Assembly: GCA_944363255.1 (NCBI GenBank) | Contig: CALVTZ010000001.1 | Coordinates: 1 to 36,152, forward strand | Source of the DNA: an uncultured Clostridia bacterium | Lineage (GTDB): Bacteria; Bacillota; Clostridia; Christensenellales; Borkfalkiaceae | Reading direction: 5' to 3' | Length of the DNA stretch: 36,152 nt | In this document: positions 9,267 through 18,124 of the stretch, one piece after another | Layout of the letters: every line of letters starts with the position of its first letter | Position numbering within the stretch: position 1 is the first letter of the stretch | Notes under the pieces: model-generated | What the model was told of the DNA's origin: nothing | The model's database searches: none | The model's input: the letters and a program-made list of their open reading frames with translations, nothing else | Position numbers and translations under genes: made by a program

Positions 9267-10598
9267 TCAATTTCCTTGTTCATCATACAGATAGCAGGAG
9301 ACGTAGTGCGTGTCGCTCACGCGGATCATTTCGGGATAACGCCCTTCGCACGCCTCGGTGCATTGGTTGCAACGGTTTTTGAAATAACAGCAGTCGGGCA
9401 GGTTGATGGGATTGGGCACGCGGCCGGGAATGGAATAGAGCGGCTCGCGCGAATCGGAGGTGAGAAGAGGCTTGCTCTTTTGCAGTCCGATGGTGTAGGG
9501 GTGCATGGGATGATGGAAGATATCCTGCACCGTGCCCCGTTCGATGACCTTGCCCGCGTACATGACGACGACTTCGTCCGCCATCTCTGCGATGACGCCG
9601 AGATCGTGCGTGATGAGCATGATGGAACAGCCCTGCTTGCGCTGCAGATCTTTCAGCAGTTCGAGGATCTGCGCCTGAATGGTCACGTCGAGCGCCGTGG
9701 TGGGCTCGTCTGCGATGATGAGGCGGGGGTTGCCCGCGATCGCCATTGCGATCATCACGCGCTGGCGCATTCCGCCCGAGAGCTCGTGCGGGTAGCTGTC
9801 GTAGGTGTGTTCGGGCATGGAGATGCCCACCTTCTTGAGCATTTCGATGCTGTATGCGCGCGCGTCCTTCTTGGAGATGCCGGGCGTATGCAGGAAGGAG
9901 ACCTCGTCCAGCTGATAGCCGATGGTGAACACGGGGTTGAGGCTGGTCATGGGCTCCTGGAAGATCATGGTGATATCCTTGCCGCGCACCTTGTACAGCT
10001 CTCGCGTGGGCATCTTGGTGATGTCGTACGTCTTCTCCTCCATCTCGAAGAGCGGACGCCCCGCTTCACTCTTTGCCTGCACCTGTTCCATGACGGGGTT
10101 GCCCTCCTTGTCGAACAGGGGCTTGCCCTTCTTGTTCAGTTTCTGGCGCGTCTTGATGACGCGCTCGCCGTCCACTTCCTCATACTCCCAGACGGGGATG
10201 GGCTTGCCCTTTTCGTCCGTCTTGTAGTCCTCTGCGGCGAAGCGAATGGCGCCCTCCACGATCTGCCCCTGCGGGGCCTGGATGAGCTGCATGATGGAAA
10301 GCGACGTAACGCTCTTGCCGCAGCCCGACTCCCCCACGACGCCCACGATCTTGTTCTTGGGAATGTCGAAGGACACCCCGTTGACGGACATGACCGTGCC
10401 GTTGTCCGTGAAGAAGCAGGTTTTCAGCCCCTCGATCTCGACGATGTTGTTCTCGTCGCGCATCTCGGTGGTGTACTCCTCCGGGCTACGCTTGCGCCGC
10501 TTGAGCTTTTCGTAGTAGCGCATCTGCTTGATATTGTAGCGGATGATCTTACGGCTCTCGCGCAGCGATATATAGTTGGTAGTCTTCTTCCTTTTCAT
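9267..10598 (-). CDS. Opp/Dpp-type peptide ABC transporter ATP-binding protein (OppD-like) with a basic N-terminal extension and a roughly 70-aa insertion after Walker A
   Basis: [61 protein letters not shown] and HPYTIGL are present. The insertion [70 protein letters not shown] lies between Walker A and the Q-loop. Confidence 0.9.
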   Translation of the reverse strand: MKRKKTTNYISLRESRKIIRYNIKQMRYYEKLKRRKRSPEEYTTEMRDENNIVEIEGLKTCFFTDNGTVMSVNGVSFDIPKNKIVGVVGESGCGKSVTSLSIMQLIQAPQGQIVEGAIRFAAEDYKTDEKGKPIPVWEYEEVDGERVIKTRQKLNKKGKPLFDKEGNPVMEQVQAKSEAGRPLFEMEEKTYDITKMPTRELYKVRGKDITMIFQEPMTSLNPVFTIGYQLDEVSFLHTPGISKKDARAYSIEMLKKVGISMPEHTYDSYPHELSGGMRQRVMIAMAIAGNPRLIIADEPTTALDVTIQAQILELLKDLQRKQGCSIMLITHDLGVIAEMADEVVVMYAGKVIERGTVQDIFHHPMHPYTIGLQKSKPLLTSDSREPLYSIPGRVPNPINLPDCCYFKNRCNQCTEACEGRYPEMIRVSDTHYVSCYLYDEQGN

Positions 10599-10617
10599 AG
10601 TGCCGCTCTTTTAAGTA

Positions 10618-11796
10618 CTATTTTTTCGCCTTGGGATCCATTGCGTCGCGCAAGCCGTCGCCCACGAAGTTGAAGCCGAGCACGGCGATGACGATGAGGA
10701 TACCCGCAGGCAGCCATACGTTGAGGTGATAGTTGAGGACGGCGGGGTCCTTGGAGAGTGCGATCATGGAGCCCCACGCCGCCTTGGGCGCCTGCACGCC
10801 GAGCCCGAGATAGCTGAGCGTCGATTCGTAGAGAATGACGCTGCCCAGCCCCAGCGTCATGGAGACGATGAGCTGCGGCATGACGTTGGGCACGAGGTGC
10901 TTGAAGATCTTGCGCCAGGTGGGAAGTCCCATGACTTCGGTCGCCGTGATATATTCCTGTTCTCGCAGCGATAGGATCTGACCGCGCACCATGCGCGCCA
11001 CGCCGCTCCAACTGAATATCGTTATGATCACCATGAGCACGTATATCTGTTCATCCGCACTCAGGTGCCATGAGTCTATCATTGCCGAGGCGATGAGCAG
11101 AATTGGCAGCGTGGGGATACAGTTGAAGATATCCACGATACGCATGATGATCTGGTCTACCCAGCCGCCGAAGTAGCCCGCCAGCCCGCCGAGGGCAATG
11201 CCGATGAGCGTTTCGAGTATGACGACGATGAAGCCGATCATGAGCGAGATCCTGCCGCCGAACATGAGGCGCACGAATACGTCCATGCCCTGGTCGTCCG
11301 TTCCCAGAAGGTGATCGGAGGAGGGATCTGCATAGCTGTTGAAGGAGTTCTGAATGGTGACCTCTTCCACAACGGTGATGAGCTGCTGATCCTCGCCGTC
11401 GCCCACATAGTGGTCGTAGTGATAGTCGAAGATATTGGTGACGGGCGTTCTGTCGATCTCCGTCTCCCCCCAGCGGCTGTACACCACGGGGCCGAGCACG
11501 GCGAAGAGGAAGAGCGCCACGATCATCACAAGTCCGACGATGGAGAGCTTGGAGCGGAAGAAGCGGCGAAGCACGAGGCGCAGCGGACTCATCTCTTTGT
11601 AAGACTCTGCCGCATCATCCTGCGCGTGCACCGCAAGCGCGCCCCCCTCTTCGGACACTTCCCCTTCGGGAAGAAGCCCCTCTTCTGCGTACACATCCCC
11701 ATCGGGAAGGCGCACGGTCTCCTCCTGCGCTTGGAGCGCCTCGGGCATGACCTCCTCTTCCATGGGCTGAAGTTGTTTGTTCTTGTCTTTTCTCAT
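10618..11796 (-). CDS. ABC transporter permease (OppC/DppC-like) with an acidic N-terminal extension
   Basis: Multi-TM protein with the BPD-transport EAA-type loop (REQEYITATEVMGLPTWRKIFKHLVPN). SD TAGGAG lies upstream of ATG 11796. It sits between the OppB-like and OppD-like genes. Confidence 0.9.
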   Translation of the reverse strand: MRKDKNKQLQPMEEEVMPEALQAQEETVRLPDGDVYAEEGLLPEGEVSEEGGALAVHAQDDAAESYKEMSPLRLVLRRFFRSKLSIVGLVMIVALFLFAVLGPVVYSRWGETEIDRTPVTNIFDYHYDHYVGDGEDQQLITVVEEVTIQNSFNSYADPSSDHLLGTDDQGMDVFVRLMFGGRISLMIGFIVVILETLIGIALGGLAGYFGGWVDQIIMRIVDIFNCIPTLPILLIASAMIDSWHLSADEQIYVLMVIITIFSWSGVARMVRGQILSLREQEYITATEVMGLPTWRKIFKHLVPNVMPQLIVSMTLGLGSVILYESTLSYLGLGVQAPKAAWGSMIALSKDPAVLNYHLNVWLPAGILIVIAVLGFNFVGDGLRDAMDPKAKK

Positions 11797-11806
11797 CGTT
11801 CAGCTC

Positions 11807-12814
11807 CTATTTGGAAAGTTTGACGCGAGGGTCTACGATGGAGTACATGATATCCGAGAACAGCGTTCCGATGACGGAGAGCACTGCAAGGAACATATTG
11901 TAACCCATGATGAAGGGAACGTCGCCGTCGCGCAGCGCCTGATATGCAAGGCGGCCGATCCCGTCGATACCAAAGCATTCCTCCGTGATCATCATGCCGC
12001 CGAAGAGTGAGGGCAGGATGCCCGCGAGCAGCGTTGCAAGGGGAATGAGGGTGTTGCGGAAGGCGTGTTTGTAGATGACCTTGCGCTCCGAAAGTCCCTT
12101 TGCGCGCGCCGTACGGATGTAGTCCGCGCCCAAAACTTCGAGGGTGTTCGTTCTCGTGTAGCGCATGAGACCGCCCAGCGAGAGGATGACCGTGACGAGG
12201 ATGGGAAGGATGAGGTGCTGCAAAATATCGCCAAAGCGCGACATCATCCCCAGGAAGTTATCCGCATAATTTTTGGAGGCGTAGATGAGTCCGTTCGCAG
12301 GCAGAATGCCCAGATCGACTGCGAACACCTTGACGGCGATGGCTGCGAAGAAGTAGGTGGGCAGCGCAAGACCGACCATGGTGAACACCGTTACCGTGTA
12401 GTCGCGCACGGAGTACTGGTGCGTCGCACTCGAAATGCCGAGCGGGATGGCGATGAGGAATTGCAGAATGGTGGCGACGATCGCGATGGCGAAGGAGATC
12501 CACATATTGCTGCTGATGACTTCCCCTACCGGCTTCTCATACTTGAAGGACATACCAAGATCGCCTTGGAAGAGATTTCCAAGCCACTTGAAGTAGCCCG
12601 ACAAGATGCCGACGAAGGAGTTGTCCCCAATGCCGTACAGCGCCTTGAAGTTATCGATGTCTTCCTGCGTGATCGTGCCCTGCGACAGTTGACTTGAAAA
12701 CTTGATGTCAACATAGTCCGTGGGCATGAGGCGCACCATGAAGTAGATGATGATGGACACGCCCAGGAGGACGATGATGGAGATCAGCAGTCGTTTTACG
12801 ATATATTTGAGCAT
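11807..12814 (-). CDS. ABC transporter permease (OppB/DppB-like)
   Basis: MLKYIVKRLLISIIVLLGVSIIIYFMVRLMP is a typical OppB N-terminus. Also present: ADYIRTARAKGLSERKVIYKHAFRN (EAA loop) and a C-terminal DPRVK motif. Confidence 0.92.
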   Translation of the reverse strand: MLKYIVKRLLISIIVLLGVSIIIYFMVRLMPTDYVDIKFSSQLSQGTITQEDIDNFKALYGIGDNSFVGILSGYFKWLGNLFQGDLGMSFKYEKPVGEVISSNMWISFAIAIVATILQFLIAIPLGISSATHQYSVRDYTVTVFTMVGLALPTYFFAAIAVKVFAVDLGILPANGLIYASKNYADNFLGMMSRFGDILQHLILPILVTVILSLGGLMRYTRTNTLEVLGADYIRTARAKGLSERKVIYKHAFRNTLIPLATLLAGILPSLFGGMMITEECFGIDGIGRLAYQALRDGDVPFIMGYNMFLAVLSVIGTLFSDIMYSIVDPRVKLSK

Positions 12815-12829
12815 AGTTTACCCGATTTC

Positions 12830-12858
12830 CGCCGCCGAACCCACAGGGCGCGGCGGCG
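12830..12858 (-). other. Intercistronic GC-rich stem-loop between the binding-protein and permease genes (possible mRNA-stabilising or partial-termination element)
   Basis: cgccgccg (12830-12837) pairs with cggcggcg (12851-12858) around a 13-nt loop. No T-tract follows on the minus strand. Confidence 0.4.
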
Positions 12859-12868
12859 TAATTGTTGT

Positions 12869-15508
12869 TTATTTCTCGATGATGAGCGAGAGTTTGTGAA
12901 TGTCGGCTACAAGCCCCTTGAACGCCGTGCGCTCATCCTTGGGCGTGAACGTCGCCTCGTCGATCTTGTTCGCGTTGTAGGCGAACAGGTCTTTACGCTG
13001 ATAGGTGGGAAGTTCGACTGCCATCTGCATGACGATGTCGAGCGCCTGCGAATACAGCTGCTTACGCGTGGATTGCACCGTCGTCTCGCGTGCCTTGTCG
13101 ATGAGATCGGACAGGTCGTTCAACAGACCGTATTCCACGTTGTACTTGCCGCCATTGTTCTGCTTGATGGCGTTGTAGCCCCAGTTGAGCGTGGACGTCG
13201 CCTTGGACTCCTTGTGGTAGACCTGATACATATCGGGATCGATGGTGGAGCTCCATGCAGCTGCCCAAACGGAGAGTGCACCGGTGGAGAGCTTGGAGAG
13301 CGCCTGCGCATCCGTCTTGACCGTGATGTTGAAGTGGTTGCGGTTGAGCACCTCTTGTGCGTGACGGAATGCCGCCCATGCGGGGTGATCCGTCTCCTCA
13401 CCTGCGACGACGAAGTCGATCTTGAGGGTGTTGGAGCCGTTGGTGTACACGCCGCTTGCATTTACGGTGTAACCTGCGTCCTCCACGAGCTGCTGAATGA
13501 AGGCGTCCTGCTCCACCTGCGTGAGCACGTCGCCCGCCTTCTTGCCAAGTCCGCGTACGTATCTTGCATAGGCGGGGTTTACGACGTCGAGGTTTGCGGG
13601 CACGGGGCCTGCAATGTAGGGATAGTAGGAGGTAGCGTTTTCGGGATAAGCCCAGCTCTCGCTCGACATGGAGCGGTAGAGCGGCGTAGCCTCCGTACCG
13701 TAGTACTCCACGCACTCAAGAATGTTGATGGAGTGCATGATCGCCTGACGTACGCCGAGCGCGGGAACGCGCGCCGCGTTTACGCCGATATAGCCGTAAC
13801 CCATCGTGGTGATGGACTGGTTGCCGATGCCGTCCTTGCGCTTGCCGTTGAGCTCGTCGATCGTCTCGGGCTTTGCGTTGGGTTCGACGAAGTCCATTTC
13901 ACCATTGTAGAGCGCGTTGAGCATATTCTGCGAGGAAACGACCTGATAGCGCAGCTTCTTGATGAGGGGGGTGCCCGTCATGAGGAAGTAAGGGTTGCGC
14001 TCGAAGTAGATAACGCCGTTCTGATAGAAGTCGCCTGCGGAGATCCCCGAGATGCCGCCCGAAGACTTGCTGGCTGCATAGGGGCCTGCGCCCACGGGCA
14101 CGCCGATCTTATTGGACGCCTTGACGACGTTGTTGTAGAAGTCCTGGCTGCCGCGCTCTACGCCGAAGTTGCGCTCGTAGTCGAATGCCGCAACGTGCTC
14201 TGCATCCGAATAGTAGTGCATGGGCGCGATGGGAAGCCCGAAGTTCCAGATCGCCTTGGGGTCGACCTTCTTGATGGTGATGGAGAGCACCTCGTTGCCC
14301 GAAATGACCTGCGTGTTGTTGCTGCCATCCGCATATACGGGCACGCCGTATTCCTTGCCGTTTACGGTGACGGGCTGCGTTCTGTTTGCAAACTTGATGC
14401 CGCTGATGTTGGGATATGTGACTTCGTGCGTTTCGTTGTACTTCGCGAACTCCTCGTTCGTGAGGTAGGTGAACAGCTTGGAGCCCGTCACCCAATAGGT
14501 GAGCACTTCCTCGATGGCGTTGGGGATCTTGTCGTTATACACGAGGTTGATCGCGCGCTCCTTGGTGTACTTCTTGAGCTCTGCCACGTTGTTGGTGAGC
14601 GAGGATTCGAGCTTGGCCTCCTTGCGGTTCCACGTGATATAGCCCTCGTTGTAGAGGAACACTTCCACGTCCGTGGTGAAGAGCCCCTTGTACTCTTCCT
14701 TCTTCTCGTCCTGGAACACCATCGTGTCGTAGGAGTTGAGGGAGTTCGACCAGTCCGTCTCCAGCTCTTCGCGGAAGGAGACGCCGTTGCGCCCGTTTGT
14801 GTCTGCGACGAGGTTGAAGTCGTTTACGATATTTTTGTACGCTTCGCCCTTGCTGTCCTGATATTCCTGCAGCTTTGTGCGGAAGGTAGTAAGATCAAGC
14901 CCTGCCGTGCCCGCTTCCCTGAGAATGTCGTATGCAGCGGTGCTCAGGTTGTCGATACGGCTTCTTGCCGCATTTTCAAACTGCTGCATGAAGGCGTCCT
15001 GCTCGTACTCGTCTGCCTCCTGCGTGCGGTACTCCTGCAGACCGACGATGTCGGTGGAGTAGATGGTGCTCGAGCCCGTGTACACGGGATCGAGATACAC
15101 GTAGAAGTTGAAGAGAACGTCCTTCATGGAGAGGTACACGCCATCCGAGAAACGGATGTTGTTCTTGAGTACGAACTTGTACTCCGTGCGCTGTGCCTCG
15201 CCCTCGCCCGTCGTCTTTTCCTCGTAGTCGAGCACGATGCACGCCTCATCCTCGCCGTAGGCGACGTTGCCGTCCTCATCGCTGGAGAGCATACTCAGCT
15301 GAGTAAGCCCCGTAATGGTGCCGTCCGGGCCCGTCGTGTAGAAGAAGGGATTGAATACTTTATCCACTTCCAGCGTGGAGAACACCACGGGATCGTTTTC
15401 GTTATCGAACGTCTTTGCAGGGCCGCCCTTGCCGCCGCAGCCGACAAAGCTCACTGCGACCGCTGCAGCCAGAAGACCTGCTGTCAATTTCGCTGCCTTG
15501 AATTTCAT
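12869..15508 (-). CDS. Oversized (879 aa) family-5 (OppA/DppA-like) ABC substrate-binding lipoprotein
   Basis: Signal peptide plus lipobox MKFKAAKLTAGLLAAAVAVSFVGCGG. SD AAAGGAGAA upstream. Family-5 SBP-like core (GPYAASKSSGG..., YFERNPYF, MGYGYIGVNA, SSTIDPDMYQVYH). It lies immediately upstream of the cognate permeases. Confidence 0.88.
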   Translation of the reverse strand: MKFKAAKLTAGLLAAAVAVSFVGCGGKGGPAKTFDNENDPVVFSTLEVDKVFNPFFYTTGPDGTITGLTQLSMLSSDEDGNVAYGEDEACIVLDYEEKTTGEGEAQRTEYKFVLKNNIRFSDGVYLSMKDVLFNFYVYLDPVYTGSSTIYSTDIVGLQEYRTQEADEYEQDAFMQQFENAARSRIDNLSTAAYDILREAGTAGLDLTTFRTKLQEYQDSKGEAYKNIVNDFNLVADTNGRNGVSFREELETDWSNSLNSYDTMVFQDEKKEEYKGLFTTDVEVFLYNEGYITWNRKEAKLESSLTNNVAELKKYTKERAINLVYNDKIPNAIEEVLTYWVTGSKLFTYLTNEEFAKYNETHEVTYPNISGIKFANRTQPVTVNGKEYGVPVYADGSNNTQVISGNEVLSITIKKVDPKAIWNFGLPIAPMHYYSDAEHVAAFDYERNFGVERGSQDFYNNVVKASNKIGVPVGAGPYAASKSSGGISGISAGDFYQNGVIYFERNPYFLMTGTPLIKKLRYQVVSSQNMLNALYNGEMDFVEPNAKPETIDELNGKRKDGIGNQSITTMGYGYIGVNAARVPALGVRQAIMHSINILECVEYYGTEATPLYRSMSSESWAYPENATSYYPYIAGPVPANLDVVNPAYARYVRGLGKKAGDVLTQVEQDAFIQQLVEDAGYTVNASGVYTNGSNTLKIDFVVAGEETDHPAWAAFRHAQEVLNRNHFNITVKTDAQALSKLSTGALSVWAAAWSSTIDPDMYQVYHKESKATSTLNWGYNAIKQNNGGKYNVEYGLLNDLSDLIDKARETTVQSTRKQLYSQALDIVMQMAVELPTYQRKDLFAYNANKIDEATFTPKDERTAFKGLVADIHKLSLIIEK

Positions 15509-15544
15509 GCCATTTCTCCTTTCCTTATTTTTATAATCTATCTG

Positions 15545-16783
15545 TCAGTTGCTTGCTGCCGTAAAGTATTCGCCCGTCCTGTCCACGAACTGCGCCGTGA
15601 GGTTTGTGACCGTGGAGGGCTCGCTCTCACTCCTGACGAAGTAGGGCTCTGCCTGCTCTGCAACGACGAGGTTGCCCTGCAAAAAGCCGTTTGGCAGGCG
15701 GGAACAGGTGATCGTGCCGTCCGTCATCGTGACGTTTTTGACCGTACTGTTTCTCATGACGATGCACAGCGGCGCAACATAGACGCCCTGCATTCTCGTG
15801 TTGAAGGTGTTCACGTCGATGGTGTAGCCTGTAAAGGTGACGTTTTCCACCGTGGCGCCCACGAGATTGCGGAAGAGACTGATGGCAAGCACGTTGCTTG
15901 CGCCGAGCTCGGTAATGGTTTGCAGCGAGCTTGCGTCATATCCGATGGTGAAGTTGGAGACGGTGTGTCCGTTCCCACGGAATTCGCCGCGGTAGTTTGC
16001 AGTACCCATCCTGAGCACGCCGCCCTGCATATCGATATCGTTCATCAGATAGACGCTCTCGTACGCCTCAAACGCGTCTTTCAGCTCTTCCGCCGTGCGT
16101 ACGACGCTGTAAATGCCCTTGACATAGTCGGGATACACCTTGATCGCCGTGCTTTCCTCGCCGCCCGGGTGGGTGAAGTCGGGATCCCAAGGGTTGCCCT
16201 CTGCGTCGCGGAACGTACCCAGGAAGGTATATCCCGGCGCGTTGCTCGCATTGTTCAGGCTATCGGAGAACTTCTCGCCCTCTTCCACCTCATAGGAGAA
16301 GAGCACCGTCTCTTCGCCCTCATCGTTGCGGAATACCACGTCGTAGGTGTAGGTGGCGTTGGCGCGCCACTTGGCGTACAGCGTGACGCCTGCGTCGGAC
16401 ACGGTGTCCTTTTTGAAGTCCCAGGGATCGGAATAGTCGTAACGCTGATGCCCTGCCTCGTCCAAAACGGGGTTGCCCTCCATGTCCACACGCGGGGTGC
16501 GCGTCCTGTACCAGCCATCCAGCTGATAGTGCTGGCGCACGGGCTTGGTTCCCGAGAGGCCGCCCAGCTCCACAATGTGGTTTTGCGTGCCTGCTTCGAA
16601 GGGATAGTAGTTGACGACGGGATTCGCGCTGTTGCGATAGGTGCCGCCCTCAAGGTGGAACACGACCTTGACGTACCCCTCCTCCTCATAGTTTATGGAA
16701 GCATCCGAACAAGCCGAAGCCCCCACCATGACGAGCACGGCGGAGAGAACGGTGAACAAGAGGATGAAAAGCTTCCTGCGCAT
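15545..16783 (-). CDS. Probable lipoprotein with Listeria-Bacteroides (InlB B-repeat/Flg_new) repeats and a C-terminal beta-rich domain
   Basis: MRRKLFILLFTVLSAVLVMVGASACS is a signal/lipobox. Repeat signatures include QLDGWYRTRT...WDFKKDTVSDAGVTLYAKW and GYTFLGTFRDAEGNPWD. Start moved to ATG 16783 (SD AAAGGAG 5 nt upstream); the track start 16798 is a TTG. Confidence 0.8.
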   Translation of the reverse strand: MRRKLFILLFTVLSAVLVMVGASACSDASINYEEEGYVKVVFHLEGGTYRNSANPVVNYYPFEAGTQNHIVELGGLSGTKPVRQHYQLDGWYRTRTPRVDMEGNPVLDEAGHQRYDYSDPWDFKKDTVSDAGVTLYAKWRANATYTYDVVFRNDEGEETVLFSYEVEEGEKFSDSLNNASNAPGYTFLGTFRDAEGNPWDPDFTHPGGEESTAIKVYPDYVKGIYSVVRTAEELKDAFEAYESVYLMNDIDMQGGVLRMGTANYRGEFRGNGHTVSNFTIGYDASSLQTITELGASNVLAISLFRNLVGATVENVTFTGYTIDVNTFNTRMQGVYVAPLCIVMRNSTVKNVTMTDGTITCSRLPNGFLQGNLVVAEQAEPYFVRSESEPSTVTNLTAQFVDRTGEYFTAASN

Positions 16784-16880
16784 TGTAACTCCTTTCAAGT
16801 TGATTTTGCGTAATTTGAACTCGCTTTACGCAACTTGCACGAACGCATATTTTCACTGCGCCCATTTTTTCATGAATATC

Positions 16881-16909
16881 ATTATAGCATTTTGGGCTAT
16901 AAAAATCAA
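16881..16909 (-). promoter_or_regulatory. Proximal sigma-A-type promoter of the lipoprotein/Opp/protease operon
   Basis: On the minus strand: TTGATT (16909-16904), a 17-nt spacer, then TGc-TATAAT (16889-16881), an extended -10. It sits about 90 nt upstream of ATG 16783. Confidence 0.6.
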
Positions 16910-16932
16910 ACGATTCTTTGCGCGAATTGTCG

Positions 16933-16961
16933 ATTATACGAAAAAAATACAAGTTTCACAA
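16933..16961 (-). promoter_or_regulatory. Middle promoter-like element
   Basis: Minus strand: TTGTGA (16961-16956), 17 nt, TATAAT (16938-16933). Confidence 0.4.
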
Positions 16962-17045
16962 TTCAAAACATTGCAATTTTTGCCTGCTTTGGGCACTTTT
17001 TCCCGCTTTTTGCGCGGGGCGCGGCGCGCAAAGTTTCACCTTGAA

Positions 17046-17074
17046 AGTATACTCACGGGAAAATGCGCTGTCAA
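17046..17074 (-). promoter_or_regulatory. Distal consensus promoter upstream of the operon
   Basis: Minus strand: TTGACA (17074-17069), 17 nt, TATACT (17051-17046). Confidence 0.5.
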
Positions 17075-17141
17075 ACTTTTTGCAGTCGCTGAATATATAC
17101 ATTCATAATACGGGCTATAAGCTCCGCTTATGGCAGAACGC

Positions 17142-17166
17142 AAAAAACCGCGGCTTGAAGCCGCGG
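17142..17166 (-). terminator. Rho-independent terminator of the SDR/ferredoxin operon
   Basis: ccgcggc (17148-17154), ttgaa, gccgcgg (17160-17166). On the minus strand this is followed by TTTTTT (17147-17142). It lies 50 nt downstream of the stop at 17216. Confidence 0.85.
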
Positions 17167-17215
17167 TCGTATTCCATATTTATTATATAAGCGCGCGTGC
17201 GCAATGTATAAGCAG

Positions 17216-18124
17216 TTACGCGTTGCCGCTGGGCAGGGAACCCTCCTCCACGGCGCTCTCCTGCGTGCAGGAGGGCTGCGCCGCCCCCTCCATCTCGTGG
17301 AAATAGCGCAGGTAGGAGCGGCGGCAGTACCGCCCGATCTCGCTGTCCTGTGCAGATTCCCCCTCGAAGGTGTACGCGCCGTTCACCCGCCATGCGTTGA
17401 GCAGGGAGGTGCGCACCGCGTCCTTGGGGCAGCTGAACGCGCACCCCATGCAGCCCACGCACGAGCCGCCGAACTTGGGGAAGCCGTTCTCCATGCGAAT
17501 GTTGCCACGCGGACACACCTTGGCGCACTTGCCGCAGCCGATGCACTGCGACTTCTTGATGCGGAACGTCCTGCCCAGCACGGGCATGGCGGGGTGTTCG
17601 ATGCGCAGCATGAAGGACGCCATGCGCCGCAGCGCGCCGATCTTAAAGCGCCTGCCGCCCCCCTCCGCCATCTCGCGCGCCGCCGAGGGAAGCCTGCCCT
17701 CCGCCGCACGCCACATACGCGCCGCCACCTTGTCCGAATGGCGGAAGATGATGTCGTAGGGCATGACGAAGGGATATTCCCCGCGCACGTCGTACCCCCG
17801 CTTTTTGAGGATGCGCGCAGGCACGACGCCCGCCGCGTTGTTCAGCTTGAGCGGTTCGCCCGAGGTGCGCACGAGGTAGCAGGGCTTGCCCTCTGCCACG
17901 GGCAGCTTTTTCAAAAAGGTATAGACGGGCTTGGGCGCGTTGAAGGCGTGCACGGGATAGGCGACGATGACGACGTCGTAGGGCGTGGGATCTTCCGCCT
18001 CCACGTCCGCGCGCATCATATTCAGCGTGCCCTCATGCCCGAGCGCCCGCCATTCCTCCATCAGCCGCTCGCACACGCGCCGCGTATTGCCCGTGCCCGA
18101 AAAGACGTAACAGATCGCGTTCAT
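17216..18124 (-). CDS. EFR1-family ferredoxin (flavodoxin-like N-domain plus 2x[4Fe-4S] ferredoxin domain)
   Basis: MNAICYVFSGTGNTRRV is a flavodoxin-like start. Two Cys clusters are present: CIGCGKCAKVCP and CVGCMGCAFSCP. Its ATG overlaps the upstream stop (ATGA at 18121-18124). Confidence 0.8.
   Translation of the reverse strand: MNAICYVFSGTGNTRRVCERLMEEWRALGHEGTLNMMRADVEAEDPTPYDVVIVAYPVHAFNAPKPVYTFLKKLPVAEGKPCYLVRTSGEPLKLNNAAGVVPARILKKRGYDVRGEYPFVMPYDIIFRHSDKVAARMWRAAEGRLPSAAREMAEGGGRRFKIGALRRMASFMLRIEHPAMPVLGRTFRIKKSQCIGCGKCAKVCPRGNIRMENGFPKFGGSCVGCMGCAFSCPKDAVRTSLLNAWRVNGAYTFEGESAQDSEIGRYCRRSYLRYFHEMEGAAQPSCTQESAVEEGSLPSGNA

Noticed and set aside
16686-17190. Small ORFs in the AT-rich intergenic region (16686..16952, 16695..17108, 16835..17044, 16918..17190)
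   Set aside because: No SD, odd composition, and they span promoter and terminator elements. This is the regulatory region between two operons.
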